Below are positions 23,823 to 37,014 of a stretch of DNA of 64,000 bases, in pieces. Positions within the stretch are counted from its first letter, which is position 1, and each line of letters starts with the position of its first letter. The notes below the pieces were generated by a model. The model ran no database searches. It worked only from the letters and a program-made list of their open reading frames with translations, and was not told where the DNA came from. Made by a program: the position numbers and the translations under genes. The DNA is from Hemiscyllium ocellatum (lineage: Eukaryota): NCBI RefSeq assembly GCF_020745735.1, contig NW_026867491.1:186001-250000 (forward strand), read 5' to 3'.

Positions 23823-24049
23823 ATAATTTTAAGGTAATTGGAGGAAGGTTTCAGGGAGATGTCAGAGTAGGTTCTTACTCAGATAGTGGTGACTGTGTGA
23901 AATGCACTGTCAACAGTGGTAGTAGAGTCAGATATATTAGGGATATTTAATCGATTCTTGGATAGGTACATGAAAGTTAGTACAATAAGTGGTATGTAGG
24001 TCAGTCTGATCTTAGACTAGTATATACTGTGCTATATACCTAAGTAGAG

Positions 24050-24605
24050 TCAAAAGTTTTGTTTTATCAGCAGTCCAGTCAGATCCGAGCAAACGAGGGC
24101 ATGCAGGTCATACTGCGCTTAGACAGAGTGAGGCGTACAGGGTTACAGCTGCACAGGAGGTGCGCAGAAGCAAGGTCAACATTAGATTTCAAATTGGAGA
24201 GCTCCATTCAGCAGGCTAATAATGGCAGGGAAGAAGCTATTCTTGAACCTGTTGGTACAGTGTTCAAGCTTCTATATCTTCTGCCTGACAGAAGATGGTA
24301 CAAGAGATCATTCCTGGGGTGGGAGGGGGTCTTTGAGGTTGGTAGCCTTTCCACGACAACGAGAAGTGTACATGGATTTCATGGGTGGGAGGTTGGCTTC
24401 TGTGATGGACCGTGCTGTGCACACAACCTTCTGTAATTTCTTCCGGTCCTGGGCAGAGCAGTTGCCGTAGCAGGGTGAGATGCAACCAGATACATTACTT
24501 TCTGTGGTGTATCTGTAAATGTTGGTGAGTGTCATTATGGACATGCCGAATTTCTTAAGCATCTTGAGGAAGAAAAGGCGTTGTTGTGCCTTCTTGACCA
24601 TTGCA
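24050..24605 (-). mobile_element. Rex1/Babar-type LINE 3' fragment
   Basis: ORF 24308-24601 VKKAQQRLFFLKMLKKFGMS..YGNCSAQDRKKLQKVV, typical of the Rex1/Babar RT C-terminus. Confidence 0.8.
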
Positions 24606-25529
24606 TGGGTAGGTTTAGATATTTAGCTGCTCCTTTCTCATTCTTACCATCTCCTTTACTTGATGCAGTCACACAGTCAGCTTCATACCTTGTGCTAATC
24701 TCTTCTTCAGAAGGATAAAATATTACGAGGGGCAAAGGTAGTGTACATACATAATATGAAATCTTTAAACTTGAATTCATTGTAAAGAGCGGAACAACGT
24801 ATTTATGGTAAAAATGGGTAAATTTAACAGGTTTTATGAAGGGTGAGAGTGGGAAGTATGTGGAGGTGCATGTTAAAACAGGCCCGAGTCTGCATGGCTT
24901 TGACAAGAGGAGGTCATGTCTGACAAATCTATTAGGATTCTTTAAGCATGTAATGAGTAAGTTAGACAAAGGGAGAGCCAGTGGACGTGAGCGATTTGGA
25001 TTTCCAGAAGGCCTTTGACAAGGTGCCGTGCAGGAGGCTGCTAAATAAGATGAGTCCCTGGTGTAGGAGCAAGGTACTGGCACGGATCGAGGATTGGCTG
25101 ACTGGCAGAAGGCAAAGAGTTGGCATAAAGGGGTCTTTGGAGTTCCAAAGGGGTCAATGCTGAGAATGCTGGGACAGGTCAGGAGAATGTATTCCATTTG
25201 CCCCTTCTGTGACCAATGTGGTAAAGTCTGTGGGGGAGTAAAGGATTATACCATTCAGAGGGGCACGATTGTATCATTCAAAGGTGGAGGTGTGTGGAGG
25301 AGGGAAAGGGAAGGGGAGGATTGTACCATTCACATCACGGGGTGTGGATTGTACCATTCACAGGGAGAATTATTTATTTTTATTTTTCAGAATTTCCAGG
25401 ATACAGGACATATGCCAATTTTACCTCCCAGAAATCGACTGAAACTGGGTGCACTAAAAAAATCCAGCAGGAAGATTATCAGTTAAAAAGGTCTAGTTTC
25501 GGTCATAGCAGTTATAGACTTCTGGAGTC

Positions 25530-27930
25530 ACACCGCACAGAAACAGACACTTCAGTTCAACTCATCCATGCCGACCAGATGTTCCAATTTGGCCCAGTCC
25601 CAAGTTCCAGCATTTGCTCCATATTCCTTTAAATCCTAACTATTCATCTAGACACCTTTTAAATGTTGTAATTGTACCCATCTCCACCACTACCTCTGGC
25701 TGCTCATTCCATACACGGTCTACCTTCTGCGTGAAAACGTTGCCCCTTAGTTCCTTTTTAATTCTTGTCCCCTCTCATCTGAAACTTATGCCTTCTAGTT
25801 TTGGACTCCTCCATCTTGGGGGAAAAGACCTTGGCTATTCGCTCTATCTGTGATTTTCATGATTTTATAAACCTTTCAGGTCACCCCTCAGCCACCTCCA
25901 CTCCAGGGAGAACAGCCTCAGCCGAGTCAACTTCTCCCTGTAGCTCAAATCCTCCACCCTGACAACATCCTTGTAAATCTTTTCTGAAGCCTTTCAAGTT
26001 TCACAACATCCTTCCAAGAGGAAGGATGCCAGAATTGTACACTTATTCCAAAAGTGGCCTAAACATTCTCCTGTACAGCCACGACATGACCTCTCAAATC
26101 CTATACTCAATACTCTGACCAATAAAGGAAAGTATACCAAACACCACCTTCACGATCCTATCTACCTGCAACTTCACTTTCAAGAAACTGTGAACCTGCA
26201 CTCCAAGGTCTCTTTGTTCAACAACTCTCCCTTGAGCCTTACCATTAAGTGTAGATGTGCTGCTCTGATTTGTTTTTCCAAAATGCAGCACCTCGCATTT
26301 ATCTAAATTAAACTCCATCAGCCACTCTTCAGTCCATTGGTACATCTGATCAAGATCCCATTGTAATCTGAAGTAACCTTCCTCGTTGTTCACTACACTT
26401 CCAATTTTGGTGTCATCAGCAAACCTACTAACTATACATCCTATGTTCACATCCAAGTCATTTGCATAAAAAAATACAGAAAGTAGTGGACCTAGCACCG
26501 ATCGTTGTGGCACTCCACTGGTCATAAGCCTCCAGTTTGAAAAACAAGCCTCCACCACCATCTTCTAACTTCGAGCCAGTTCTGTATCCAAATGGCTATT
26601 TCTTTCTGTATTCCATAAGGTCTAACCTTGCTAACCAGTCTCCCTAGAGGAACCTTGTCAAACAGCTTACTGAAGTCCATATAGATCATGTCCTTTGCTC
26701 TGCTCTCATCAATCTTCTTTGAGTGCTTTGAAGAAGTAACAAATCAAGTTTGTCAGACATGATTTCCCATGCACAAAGCCATGCCGACTATCCCTAATCA
26801 GTCCTTGCCTTTCCAAATGTGTGTAAATCCTGTCTCTCAGGTTTCACTCCAACAACCTGTCCACCACCAATGTCAGGTTCCCTGGCTTTTCCTTATCACC
26901 TTTTCTTAAATAGTGGTACCACGTTAATATTTTCCGGTACCTTACCTGTGACTATCAATGATACAAATATTTCAGCAAGGGGCCCGACAATCACTTCCCG
27001 TAGCCTCCCACAGAGTTCTCGGGTACACCTGATCAGGTCCTGGAGATTTATCCACCTTCGTAATTCACGACATCCAGCACCACCTCCGCTGTGATATGGA
27101 CATTTTTTAAATGTAATAATCTATTTCCCCTACATTCTATATTTTCATGTCCTTCTCCAGAATAAACATTGATGCAAAACACTCGATTAGTATCTTCCCC
27201 ATCTCCTGCAGTTCCACACATTGGCTGGCTTACTCATCGTTGATGTGCCCTATTCTGTCCCTAGTGACCCTTTTGTCCTTAATGCATTTGTAAAAACTCT
27301 TTGGATTCTCCTTAACCCTATTTGCCAAAGTTATCTCATGTCCAGTTTTTGTCCTCCTGATTTCCCTTTTAAGTACATTCCTACTACCTTTATATTCTAA
27401 GGATTCACTCAATCTATCCTGTCAATACCTGACCTATGCTTCCTTCTTTTTCTTTACCAAACACTCAATTTCTCCAGTTATCCAACATTCCCTACACCTA
27501 CCAGACATTCCTTTCACCCTAACAGGAATATACTGTGTCTGGACTCTCGTTATCTCATTTCTGAAGGCTTCCATTTTCCAGCCGTCTCTTTACCTCCCCA
27601 ACAGCTTTTGAAAGTTCTTGCCTAACACTGTCAAAATGAGACATTCTCTAATTTAGAATTTCAACTTTTAGATCTGGTTTATCCTTTTCCTTCACTATTT
27701 TAAAATTAATAGAATTATGGTCGCTGGCCCCAAAGTGCAGCCCCACTGACACCTCAGTCAGCTGTCCTGCCTTATTTCCCAAAAGTAGGTCAAGTTTTGC
27801 ACCTTCTCCATAGGTATATCCACATACTAAATCAGAAATCTTTCTTGAACACGCTCAACAAATTCGTCTCCATCTAAACCATTAAACCGATGGCAGTCTC
27901 AGTCTATGGTTGGAAAGTTAAATCCCCTAC
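25530..27930 (-). mobile_element. Long degenerate CR1 LINE ORF2 fragment (~2.4 kb)
   Basis: SGVPQRSVLGPLL..FADDTKIG..FNLDKCEVLHFG (26094-26561) and ANRVKENPKSFYK (27230-27412). Confidence 0.9.
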
Positions 27931-28019
27931 CATAACCATATAAGGGGAAATGAGTTTAAAACTGGGCGTAATCCTCCAGGTGCAGTTTCAGGAATGCTAT
28001 GTTTGGTTGCAGCAACACT

Positions 28020-28880
28020 TCCTTCCCTTTATGTTCTATTCCTTTAGCGATAAAAGTGAATGCTGCATTCACTTACTTTATTATCTACTGTACCTGCAAG
28101 CTAGTTTTCTGTGACTCATTAATGAGGATACCCAGATCTCTCCGCACCAGATCATCCCAAACCTTCTATTAGATAATAGGTTGCTTTGATGTTTTTTTTG
28201 ACCAAAATGCATGACCTCTCACTTATCCACCTTAAACCCCATCTGCCACATTTTGACCCACTCTCCTAACCTATCTAGATCCATTTGAAAGGTTTGTATT
28301 TCCTCATTGCAATTTACCATCGCGCCTCTTTATGTGTCATCTACAAATTTGGCAAATGAGCCTTTTATCCCTGTATCCCTGTCACTAATGTAGATTGAAA
28401 ATAGCTGGGGTCCAAGGACCCAACCCTGTGGCACCTGACTTGCCACATCTTGCCATCCAGAAAAAAAGCCATCAATTCAGACTGTCTGTCTTCTGCCCTT
28501 CAGCCAGTCACCTATCCAAGCTGATAAATCAGCCCGTATCGCATATGATCTAACCTTGCGAATAATGCTTTGAGTGGCACTTTAGCAAATACCTTCTGAA
28601 AAGCCAGATATATTACAACTACAGGATCCCTATTATCCACTTTGATCATCTATGAAGAACTTAGTCAAATCTGATTTGCCCATCATAAAACCATGCTGAC
28701 TCTGATGGATAGAGTTTTGACTTTTCAAACGTCCTGATATTGCTTCCTTGATAATTGAGTCTAACACCTTCTCAACAACAGATGTTAAACTAACTGGTCT
28801 GCAATTTCCCACATATTGCCTGCCTCCCTTTCTGAATACAGGCATTACATTAGTATTTTTCCAATCCACTGGAACCATAA
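28020..28880 (-). mobile_element. CR1 LINE RT fragment (second subfamily)
   Basis: VPVDWKNTNVMPVFRKGG..NCRPVSLTSVV..QHGFM. Confidence 0.85.
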
Positions 28881-29389
28881 GATATAGGAGCAGAAACTAA
28901 GTCATTCAATCATGGCTGAAACGTTTCTCAAGTCCTTTCTCCCCATAACCTTTGATCACCTTGACAGTCAAGAACCTACCTATCTCTTACTAAATAAACT
29001 CAATGTATCTTTCTCATGTCTAGGGAATTTCGGAATATTGTAACTAATGAATCCACAATCTCCACTTCCACTTCCTTTAGTACCCTAGGAGGTAGGCCAT
29101 CAGCCGCAGGGGATTTGTTTGCCCTCAATCTTTATGGTGTACCTATCGACGCTGATTGTTTAAGTTCTACCTTTTCTACAGCCTTTGACTTGCTTGTTCC
29201 AATACGAATCTGGTTTCCAGCATTTGCAGTCATTGTTTTTACCTTCTTTCGTAATTTACCTGACCTATTTCTATTCATTTTTTAAAACCCCTTTGTTTGT
29301 GTCTGGAAGTTTCCCGATGTTTCAGCTTTCCAAAGGTCTGGAGTAACATTCCTGAACAGGCTGGAAATTAAAAAGAAACACACCTTTCA

Positions 29390-29960
29390 GGAGGCTGGGG
29401 GCGGGGAAAACCAACCCCCATTGTCCCCTATTGGTCGGAGGACTCCCATGGCCACGCCCCCTCAGTTGGTGACGACGCGGCCTGGACAACGCCCCCTGCG
29501 TGTTGGCGCATGTGCAGTGTAGGTCCCGCGGCCGGACCGAGACAGTGTGACTGAGTGTGGGAGAGGAATGGCGCCGGCGGCTGAAGGAACAAGAACAGAA
29601 ACCGCTGGAAAAGCTGAGCAGGTCCGGCAGCTCGTGTTGAGAGAAATGTGAGGACGTGTTTCGGGTCCGGGGATCCTTCTTCAGAACAGGACCAGGTTTC
29701 AGAAACATCCCGGGGAGGTCGCCAGGCCCGAGCGCCAAGACCTGGCTCCTGCCCCCGGGGAGAGGAGACAGTGAGACAGGGTAGGATTGGGAACCGCGGG
29801 AGGAGGGAGACTGGGGAGTTTATAAACTCCTAGGGGGAGGCCGCAGGCCGCGAATAAAAGCCCCACAGGCCCAGTGTTTACTTCACCGGGGAAGGAGCTC
29901 TCGGGTTGTCCCGGCAACCAGCCGCCAGCTTTGTGAGGGTCAGGCACATGTTGTCTTGGG
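29390..29960 (+). promoter_or_regulatory. CpG-rich promoter/first-exon module type A (probably for ZNF3)
   Basis: GC boxes, inverted CCAAT, NRF1-like GCGCATGTGC, RFX-like GTTGTCCCGGCAAC. The core is near-identical to 4561-4853. Confidence 0.65.
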
Positions 29961-31819
29961 ACGGGGTTGTTGGATTGTTGTATAATGTTGATCTCCTCTG
30001 TACTTTTAATCTTGAAGATTTTTAAAATGTACATTGGCTTCAATTTATGAATTCTAAGTACAGAAGCAAAATATAAACATCTCCTTACATGCATCCCAAC
30101 ATGTGCATAGGAGCCAAGACTGCCTCAAGATTTACTGAGGTGCTGAATCAATAGCTCTTTCCCTTTTGATTAATGAAGGTGGTGCCCAGCAGACTCCTGC
30201 TCACAGTCAGTGTCAGCCTTTATGGGAAAGATAGGATAGCAAAACCGAGACACCAATGTAGCCAAGTAATCTGAACTCACACTTTGGTGCTTTAATCGCC
30301 TCAAACGCATGCCATTCATAATAACGTCAAGGCTATAGGGGTACCAGGCTCCCCAAGACAGCCAGGATGGATAACAAAGAAGAGAGCTGAAGTGTTATCC
30401 TTATCAAGCCTGTAACGTCTTCACAAATCTCCAACAAGTTAGTTAAATGCAGTGTCCCTGTCAGAAATACCTTGCAGACTCTTCCTACTCAATCCACCTT
30501 TCTCCATGTGACTACTAATTTTGACCAGAATAAGTATTACTGGAAGCTTCTCCACCAAATTTAAACTGGCAGGTGGGACTAGATTGGGTTGGGATATCTG
30601 GTCGGTATGGACGGGTTGGACCGAAGGGTCTGTTTCCATGCTGTACATCTCTATGACTCTATAATCACTGAGGTTAGCATTACAACCTTTCTTAAACCAG
30701 GCTGCAATGTTTGCAGTTCTCCAGACTTCTAGCACCACCTCCAAGTCCATGGAAGACTGAGAAATTGTGGAAGCCATAATTTATATCGTCCCTTCCTTCA
30801 AGATTGTTGGATGCATTTCATCAGTGCCTTGTCAAACTTTAAGTACCAAATGCTTATCGAAGACTTCTTTCATGTAAATTTTGAACTCTTGGGAGGTCAT
30901 GTTGTGGCTGTACAGAACATCGGTCAGACCACTGTTGGAATATTGCATGCAATTCTGGTCTCCTTTCAATGAAAAGATGTTGTGAAACATGAAAGGGTTC
31001 AGAAACGATTTACAAGGATGTTGCCAGGGTTGGAGGATTTGAGCTATAGGGAGAGGCTGAACAGACTGGAGCTGTTTTCCCTGGAGTGTTGGAGCCTGAG
31101 AGGTAACCTATAGAGGTTTAAAAATTTATGAGGGGCACGTATAAGATAAATAGACAAAGTCTTTTCCCTGGGTTCGGGTCTGTTTCCATGCTGTACATCT
31201 CTATGACTCTGTTGGTTGCATCTGCAAGATCCTGAATCAGCACCTTGAGGAGAATTAGAGCGAAGTGAGAACAGAGGCGGAGAGCGAGTGGGATGGTGCT
31301 TTCAATTTTGTGGAATAACAAAAGAAAAGTATATTCTGCAGAAAGTAGAATTGCTTGTTCTGAATTGTCACCCTGCACTGAATGTAATGACTTTTGTAAT
31401 CTCCTTTTACAGAGTATTAGAAGATCTGAAGATGGAAATTTCAAAATCGACAGATGAAGGCCTGATGCCCGAAGCATTGACGCTTCTGCTCCTTGGATGC
31501 TGCCTGACCTACAGTGCTTTTCCAGCATCACACTTTTGAACTCTTAACTCTCCAGTAACTGCAATCCTCACTTTCACATCAATGTCTGACAGTGACACTG
31601 GGACATCGGGACAGCAACGATTTTTGACTGTGATTCTGTGAGAGGAGCAAAGCATTTGCTTCCTGCCCAAGTACATTTTCAGAATCTGTGGTACTGGATG
31701 AGAGACCCTACGTTGCAGCGCAGTGAGAGTGGAGCCTGAAACAGTTATACGGCCTGGAAAGACAAATTCACGGCAGGGTGGGGCTGTACCCACGTTTGTG
31801 TGCGGCTGAAGTTTCGGCC

Positions 31820-32704
31820 ATGGAGAAACCTGAGGAATCCCGCTCTGTGAAGAAACCGTGGAAGTGTGGCGACTGTGGGAAAGGCTTCTGTGCCCCGTCT
31901 GCTCTGGAGACTCATCGGCGCAGTCACACCGGTGAGAGGCCCTTCAGCTGCCCCGAGTGCAGGAAGGGCTTTACCCAGGCATCCGCCCTGCTGACCCACC
32001 GGCGGATCCACACGCGGGAGAGGCCTTTCAGCTGCCCTGAGTGTGGGAAGGTCTTCAGCAATTCCTTTGCCCTGCTGAGGCACCAGCGAATCCACAAGGG
32101 GGAGAGGCCACTCTCCTGCCCCGAGTGCGGGAAGGCCTTCAGTGATTCCTCCCACCTTCTGACACACCGGCGGGTCCGCACAGGGGAAAGGCCCTTCAGT
32201 TGCTCTGAGTGCAAGAAGGCCTTTACCCAGGCCTCTGCCCTGCTGATCCACCAGCGGCTCCACACAGGGGAGCGGCCCTTCAGCTGCCCAGAGTGCGGTA
32301 AAGGCTTCAGCGATTCCTCCACCCTGCAGACCCACCAGCGGGTCCACACGGGGGAGAGGCCCTTCAGCTGTTGTGAATGTGGGAAGTGCTTTACCCAGGC
32401 CTCTGCCCGGCTGAGACACCAGCGGTCCCACACTGGGGAGAGGCCCTTCAGGTGCCCCGAGTGCGGGAAGGGCTTTGCCCGGGCCTCCAACCTCCAGACC
32501 CACCAGCGGATCCACACGGGGGAGAGGCCCTTTAGTTGTCCCGAGTGCGGGAAGTGCTTTACCCAGGCCATCACACTTCAGAAACACCAGCAGGTCCACA
32601 TGGGGGGGAGGCCCTTCGATTGCCCCAGGTGCAGTAAGGTGTTCACCTGCTCCTCCCACCTGCAGAGGCACCAGCAAGTTCACGTACCATCGCAGGGGCA
32701 TTGA
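31820..32704 (+). CDS. C2H2 zinc-finger protein ZNF3 (10 fingers; finger 4 lacks its last His)
   Basis: Open ORF; gccATGG at 31820; acceptor ttttacag|AG at 31412/31413; AATAAA at 33249. Confidence 0.9.
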   Translation: MEKPEESRSVKKPWKCGDCGKGFCAPSALETHRRSHTGERPFSCPECRKGFTQASALLTHRRIHTRERPFSCPECGKVFSNSFALLRHQRIHKGERPLSCPECGKAFSDSSHLLTHRRVRTGERPFSCSECKKAFTQASALLIHQRLHTGERPFSCPECGKGFSDSSTLQTHQRVHTGERPFSCCECGKCFTQASARLRHQRSHTGERPFRCPECGKGFARASNLQTHQRIHTGERPFSCPECGKCFTQAITLQKHQQVHMGGRPFDCPRCSKVFTCSSHLQRHQQVHVPSQGH

Positions 32705-33514
32705 AGGAGTGACGGCTGAGTGCCATTATCGACTGGAGTATTAACCCAGTTCCGGGCCCTCCCGGGTTCGAATCCTGCCGTGGCAGATGGTGAAATTGGA
32801 ATTCAGTAAGTAATCTGGAGTTCCAAGTCTAACGATGAAGCCATTTTTGGGGGGAGTTGGGGTGGGGTGGGGGTGAAGGGTGGGAGAAAACCCCCATCTG
32901 ATTCACTCACGTCGTTTTTCGGGAAGGAAACTACTGTTGTGGGAAAGGATTCACTCAGTCGTCCCAGCTGCATCCTTTACCCTGTCTGGCCGATGGTTGA
33001 CTCTACGCACCTCCCCCCGCCATCCCCATTCTCTCCCCCACTGGGCCCCTCCTCTCACCGGCAAATGAACAGGGAGAAACCTACTTGGATACAGAGTATA
33101 CGTTGAAATTGCTGAGTGAGGCAATACTTCCTACAGGTTAAGAAAGGGAGTGTGTGCGCTTTGACCTTGAGCTATTTTTAAATGAAAAGCTACTTTTTCT
33201 ACGCCTTTTTGCTGGGAGGAATCTGAAGCTGTAACAAAGTTGGGTCACAATAAAGGGTTACCTGAACTTACCGCCAGGCTCAGACTCTCATTGAAGGCTT
33301 TGAGCTTCAAATGGTTTTTGTTTTAAACCTGTTGATTTCTTTCAGCCTCCTGCACTAAGTTTCCAATGTCGTGTATCAGATGGAGCAGTGAATGAGTAGC
33401 TAGTATTGTTGGAAATTGCAAATATTTCAGGAGTGCAGGTACTGTGTCGTTTTATCAGCATTGTAAAGTTTACTGGCAGCACCAGGAGGTGTGGGCTGTG
33501 TTAATTAGAAATTA

Positions 33515-34305
33515 TGTGGAGTTGCTGGTGTTGGACTGAGGTGGATAAAGTTAAAATCTACACAATTCCAGGTTATAGTCCCAACAGATTCATTTGGAAG
33601 CGCTAGCTTTCGGAGCTCTGCTCCTTCATCGGGTAGCTGTTGAGCAGGAAATTAAGACATAGAATTTATCGCAAAACATTACAGTGTCATGCAGTTGATA
33701 AGATTTCCTGAACAAGTCCAGTTGCAATTCAGTCTTTTATCTTTTAGAATGGTTGCAGTTTCGGTTCATTAACATATATATCCCAGAACTACTTTTAAGT
33801 CACATTCTCCCGATGACGTAAGATTTTATAAAAATAGGTGACATCTCAGCTCAGACAATGCAAGAAAGATGTGAGGTTCAAGTCTGTCTGTATCCCAGTC
33901 CTGAGTCACACATGTTCTATTTCTAAAGTAGGAATTTATAAAATATTACATAGATTGACTGCCTGCAGATTATGTTTTGCTCAAATAGCACAATGTATCT
34001 GCAAATGCAAATTCACTGCATTGGTTTGTGTGTGTGTGCATGTGCATGAGAGAGAGAGAGAGTGTGTGTTTGCATGTGCATGCTTGAGAAAGTGTGTCGA
34101 TGCAATGGAGTATAAGCCTGTGAGAGGGTGTGTGCATGGATTTGAGTGTGGGAGGTGTATGTGTGTGAGAGAGGGTCTGTGTGACTGGGTGTGTATGTGT
34201 GTGTGTGGGAGTGAGAGACAGTGTTAAGTGTAGTGTGGTCACCCAAGGTCCCGGTTGAGACCGTCCTCATGGGTTCCAAACTTGGCTATCGGCCTCTGCT
34301 TGGCC
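33515..34305 (-). mobile_element. Penelope-like element 3' end (family 2)
   Basis: The minus strand encodes KQRPIAKFGTHEDGLNRDLG (PLE C-terminus), followed by a CA-rich UTR and a hammerhead-like core at ~33600-33632. Confidence 0.8.
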
Positions 34306-34329
34306 AGTAGAAACAATTCAGCAGTTACT

Positions 34330-34752
34330 GGGTGGCGTGGTGGCTCAGTGGTTAGCAATGGGAAAGGATTCACTCGGTCGTCCCAGCTGCATCCTTTATC
34401 CTGTCTGGCCTATGGTTGACTCTACACTGCCCCACAACACCCCGTTCTCTCCACCACTGGGTCCCTGGTGGGATCCGGGTTCGATTCCCAAATCGGGCAA
34501 CTGTCTATGTGGAGTTGGCACATTGTCCCCATGTCTGCATGGGTTTCCTCTGGGTGCTCCAGTTTCCTCCCACAATCCAAAAGATGTGCAGGTCAGGTGA
34601 ATTGGCCATGCTAAATTCCATATCGTGTTGGGTGCATTAGTCAGGGGTAAATATAAGGTAGGGGAACAGGTCTCGTGGGTTACTCTTTGGAGGGTCAGTG
34701 TGGACATTTTGGGCCAAAGGGCCGGTTTCCATTCGGTAGAGAATCGAATCTA

Positions 34753-34756
<4 letters not shown>
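34330..34756 (+). mobile_element. HE1-type SINE with a foreign insert between its A and B boxes, followed by (CA)n at 34757-34807
   Basis: A box TGGCTCAGTGG, B box GGTTCGATTCC, V-SINE-like core tgtctgcatgggtttcctctgggtgctccagtttcctcccaca. Confidence 0.85.
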
Positions 34757-34808
<52 letters not shown>

Positions 34809-34849
34809 TGGAGAAGGCAGGGTGAGACTTGTCTTTCACTTTGCAGAAG

Positions 34850-35360
34850 GTGGGAGGTTCTGGATGCTGTGATTCAGGGTAAACACATGCTGGAAGACCT
34901 TTGGCTCAGAGAGATGGAGTTGGAAGCCAGGCTGCAGACACGTCACGGGGAATGTTAACCGGACCCTTTATTCCAGGAGATGGTCATTCCCCTCTGGACA
35001 GAGCCTTCTGATTAGGTCAGTGGACAGGGTCAGAAGGGTGTGAGTGTGAATCACACAGGTAAAGGGGATCTGAGATTGGGAGGCAAGGGGAGGAGCTCAT
35101 TGGCTGAGTGGTGGGGGGATGGGCACACCAGGTAAGGGGCAGAATATTGGCAGGTGATTGTTGTCTTTCTCTGAAGTTAGCAGTAGGAGGCCAGATGGCA
35201 TCAGTGTCTGTCTGGCACCAGGTTCACGAACCGACGTGCTCAGGACAGGAGAAGTGGGAAAGGGAGGCTGCAGTGGGTGTGGTCCACAAATCTCAGGAGG
35301 GCAGAGCCTCTGCTGAGGGCGCAAGAGAAGTCAGAAGCTATAAAGACAAAGCAGAACATC
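34850..35360 (+). mobile_element. Possible degenerate CR1 ORF1 remnant
   Basis: Reads WEVLDAV...LREMELEARLQT...LFQEMVIP, resembling the CR1 ORF1 leucine-zipper region. Confidence 0.4.
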
Positions 35361-35367
35361 AAAGCTC

Positions 35368-35690
35368 TGGGTGGCATGGTGGCTCAGTGGTTAGTACTGC
35401 TGCCTCACAGGGCTGGGTTTGATTCCAGCCACAGGCGACTTTGGCACACTGTCCCCCTTGTGTCTGCGTGGGTTTCCTCCAGGTGCTCCGGTTTCCTCCC
35501 ACACTCTAAAGATCTGCAGTTTAGGGTGGATCAGCTGTGCTGAAGTGTCCAGGGATATGCATTTTTGGGTGCGTAAGCCATGGGGAACTGCAGGGTTGTA
35601 TGGGAAGTGGGTTGGTCTGGTGGGATGCTGTTTGGAAGGTCAGTGTGAGGTGAATGGGCTGAATGGCCTGCAGGGATTATGTGATTCTAC
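35368..35690 (+). mobile_element. HE1-type SINE
   Basis: gggtggcatggtggctcagtggttagtactgctgcctcacag head plus the conserved core. Confidence 0.85.
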
Positions 35691-36679
35691 TGCTTCAGCC
35701 ATTTTGTATATTGAGAAATGATTACTGTGGTCCTGGGGAAGGTGGGATTTGTAGTGTCACTGCCCTCTGTCCATTCTCTTTCTGTCCTCCTGTCCATTTT
35801 CTCTCTCTTAACATCCATCCTGAGCTCCTCCTCCCCCCAACCCCAACCCCAACCCCAACCCCAACCATTCTCTTTCCCCACCACCTGTTATTTCTCGTGC
35901 TGCTATCCCTCTTTGATCGCTGTATCAAGCCCTTCTTAGAAGAGAGAGACAGATCGTGATGACTCCCAGAGATGGGGGTGCATGAGAAATGACTGATCTT
36001 TAACATTGAGAATAGCTAATCAGAAACAACATTAAAGCATGTTCAATTCTATTTTTTAAAAAGCTACAGGCATCTTTCTGAAACTTGTGTTGAAATATGT
36101 GCAATTTGGCCATAGTTGAGGACAGGCTGTAAGGGGTGAGTTCCCTATTCTAATATTGTGAAATTGATTCTGACTATGTAGAAATAGAGTTATGGAGCAT
36201 GGAATGAAACAGTTTGGTCTGTGCCGACCAGATATCCTAAATTATTCTATTCCTATTTGCCAACACTTGGCCCAAACCCCTTTAAACCTTCCTATTCTTA
36301 CACCCATCCAGATGCCTTTTAAAAGTTGTAATTGTACCAGCCTCCACTCCAGCAGCTCATTCAATACGTTTACCATCCTCTGTGTGAAACAAGTGACCCC
36401 TTAGGTCCGTTTTAAACCTTTCCCCACTCACCCTAAACTCATGTCCTCTAGTTCTGGCATTTCTTGAGGCAAATTAAATGTCACACGTTTTTTCTAATCC
36501 TTTGGTCCCTCATCTTTCCCCACTCAACTTAAACCTATGCCCTCCAGTTTGTGACTCCCCTAACTAATACAAAAGTTGAGCAGCCAGCCATACTGCAAAA
36601 GGAATACAATGTCAAGTCACAGGGGAGAAAAAAATTGTGGTTCTACTTTTTCCTTCGATCGGCATTTGGACACTTCAAA

Positions 36680-37014
36680 TCTGTCAGTAACGTGAGCATT
36701 ACTGAAGAGCATAATGCGCATGCCCCTCGGTGTCAGCAAGCACTGCGCATGTCCGCTGGTGTCAGCAAAAGACTCTGCACGCTCCTGGCTGTACGCACAA
36801 ACGACTCATGACCTACTTTTGATGGACCAATAGGGAAGTCGGGAGGACCCGGAGGTGTCTTGTCCTCCTGCCAATCAGAGCACCGCTGTTGTCTGAATGC
36901 GGAAGTTGGACAATGAGCTTCTGAAGCAGCTACTGCTGCTCCTGTCTCTCTGAATGAAGATTAAGCTTTACCCCAAACTTCAACTTTCTTCCTCTGTCCA
37001 ACAAAACTGTGAGT
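36680..37014 (+). promoter_or_regulatory. Promoter plus first exon, type B (ZNF4); donor GTGAGT at 37009
   Basis: Paralogue of 15790-16106, with NRF1-like, CCAAT and ETS motifs retained. Confidence 0.7.
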
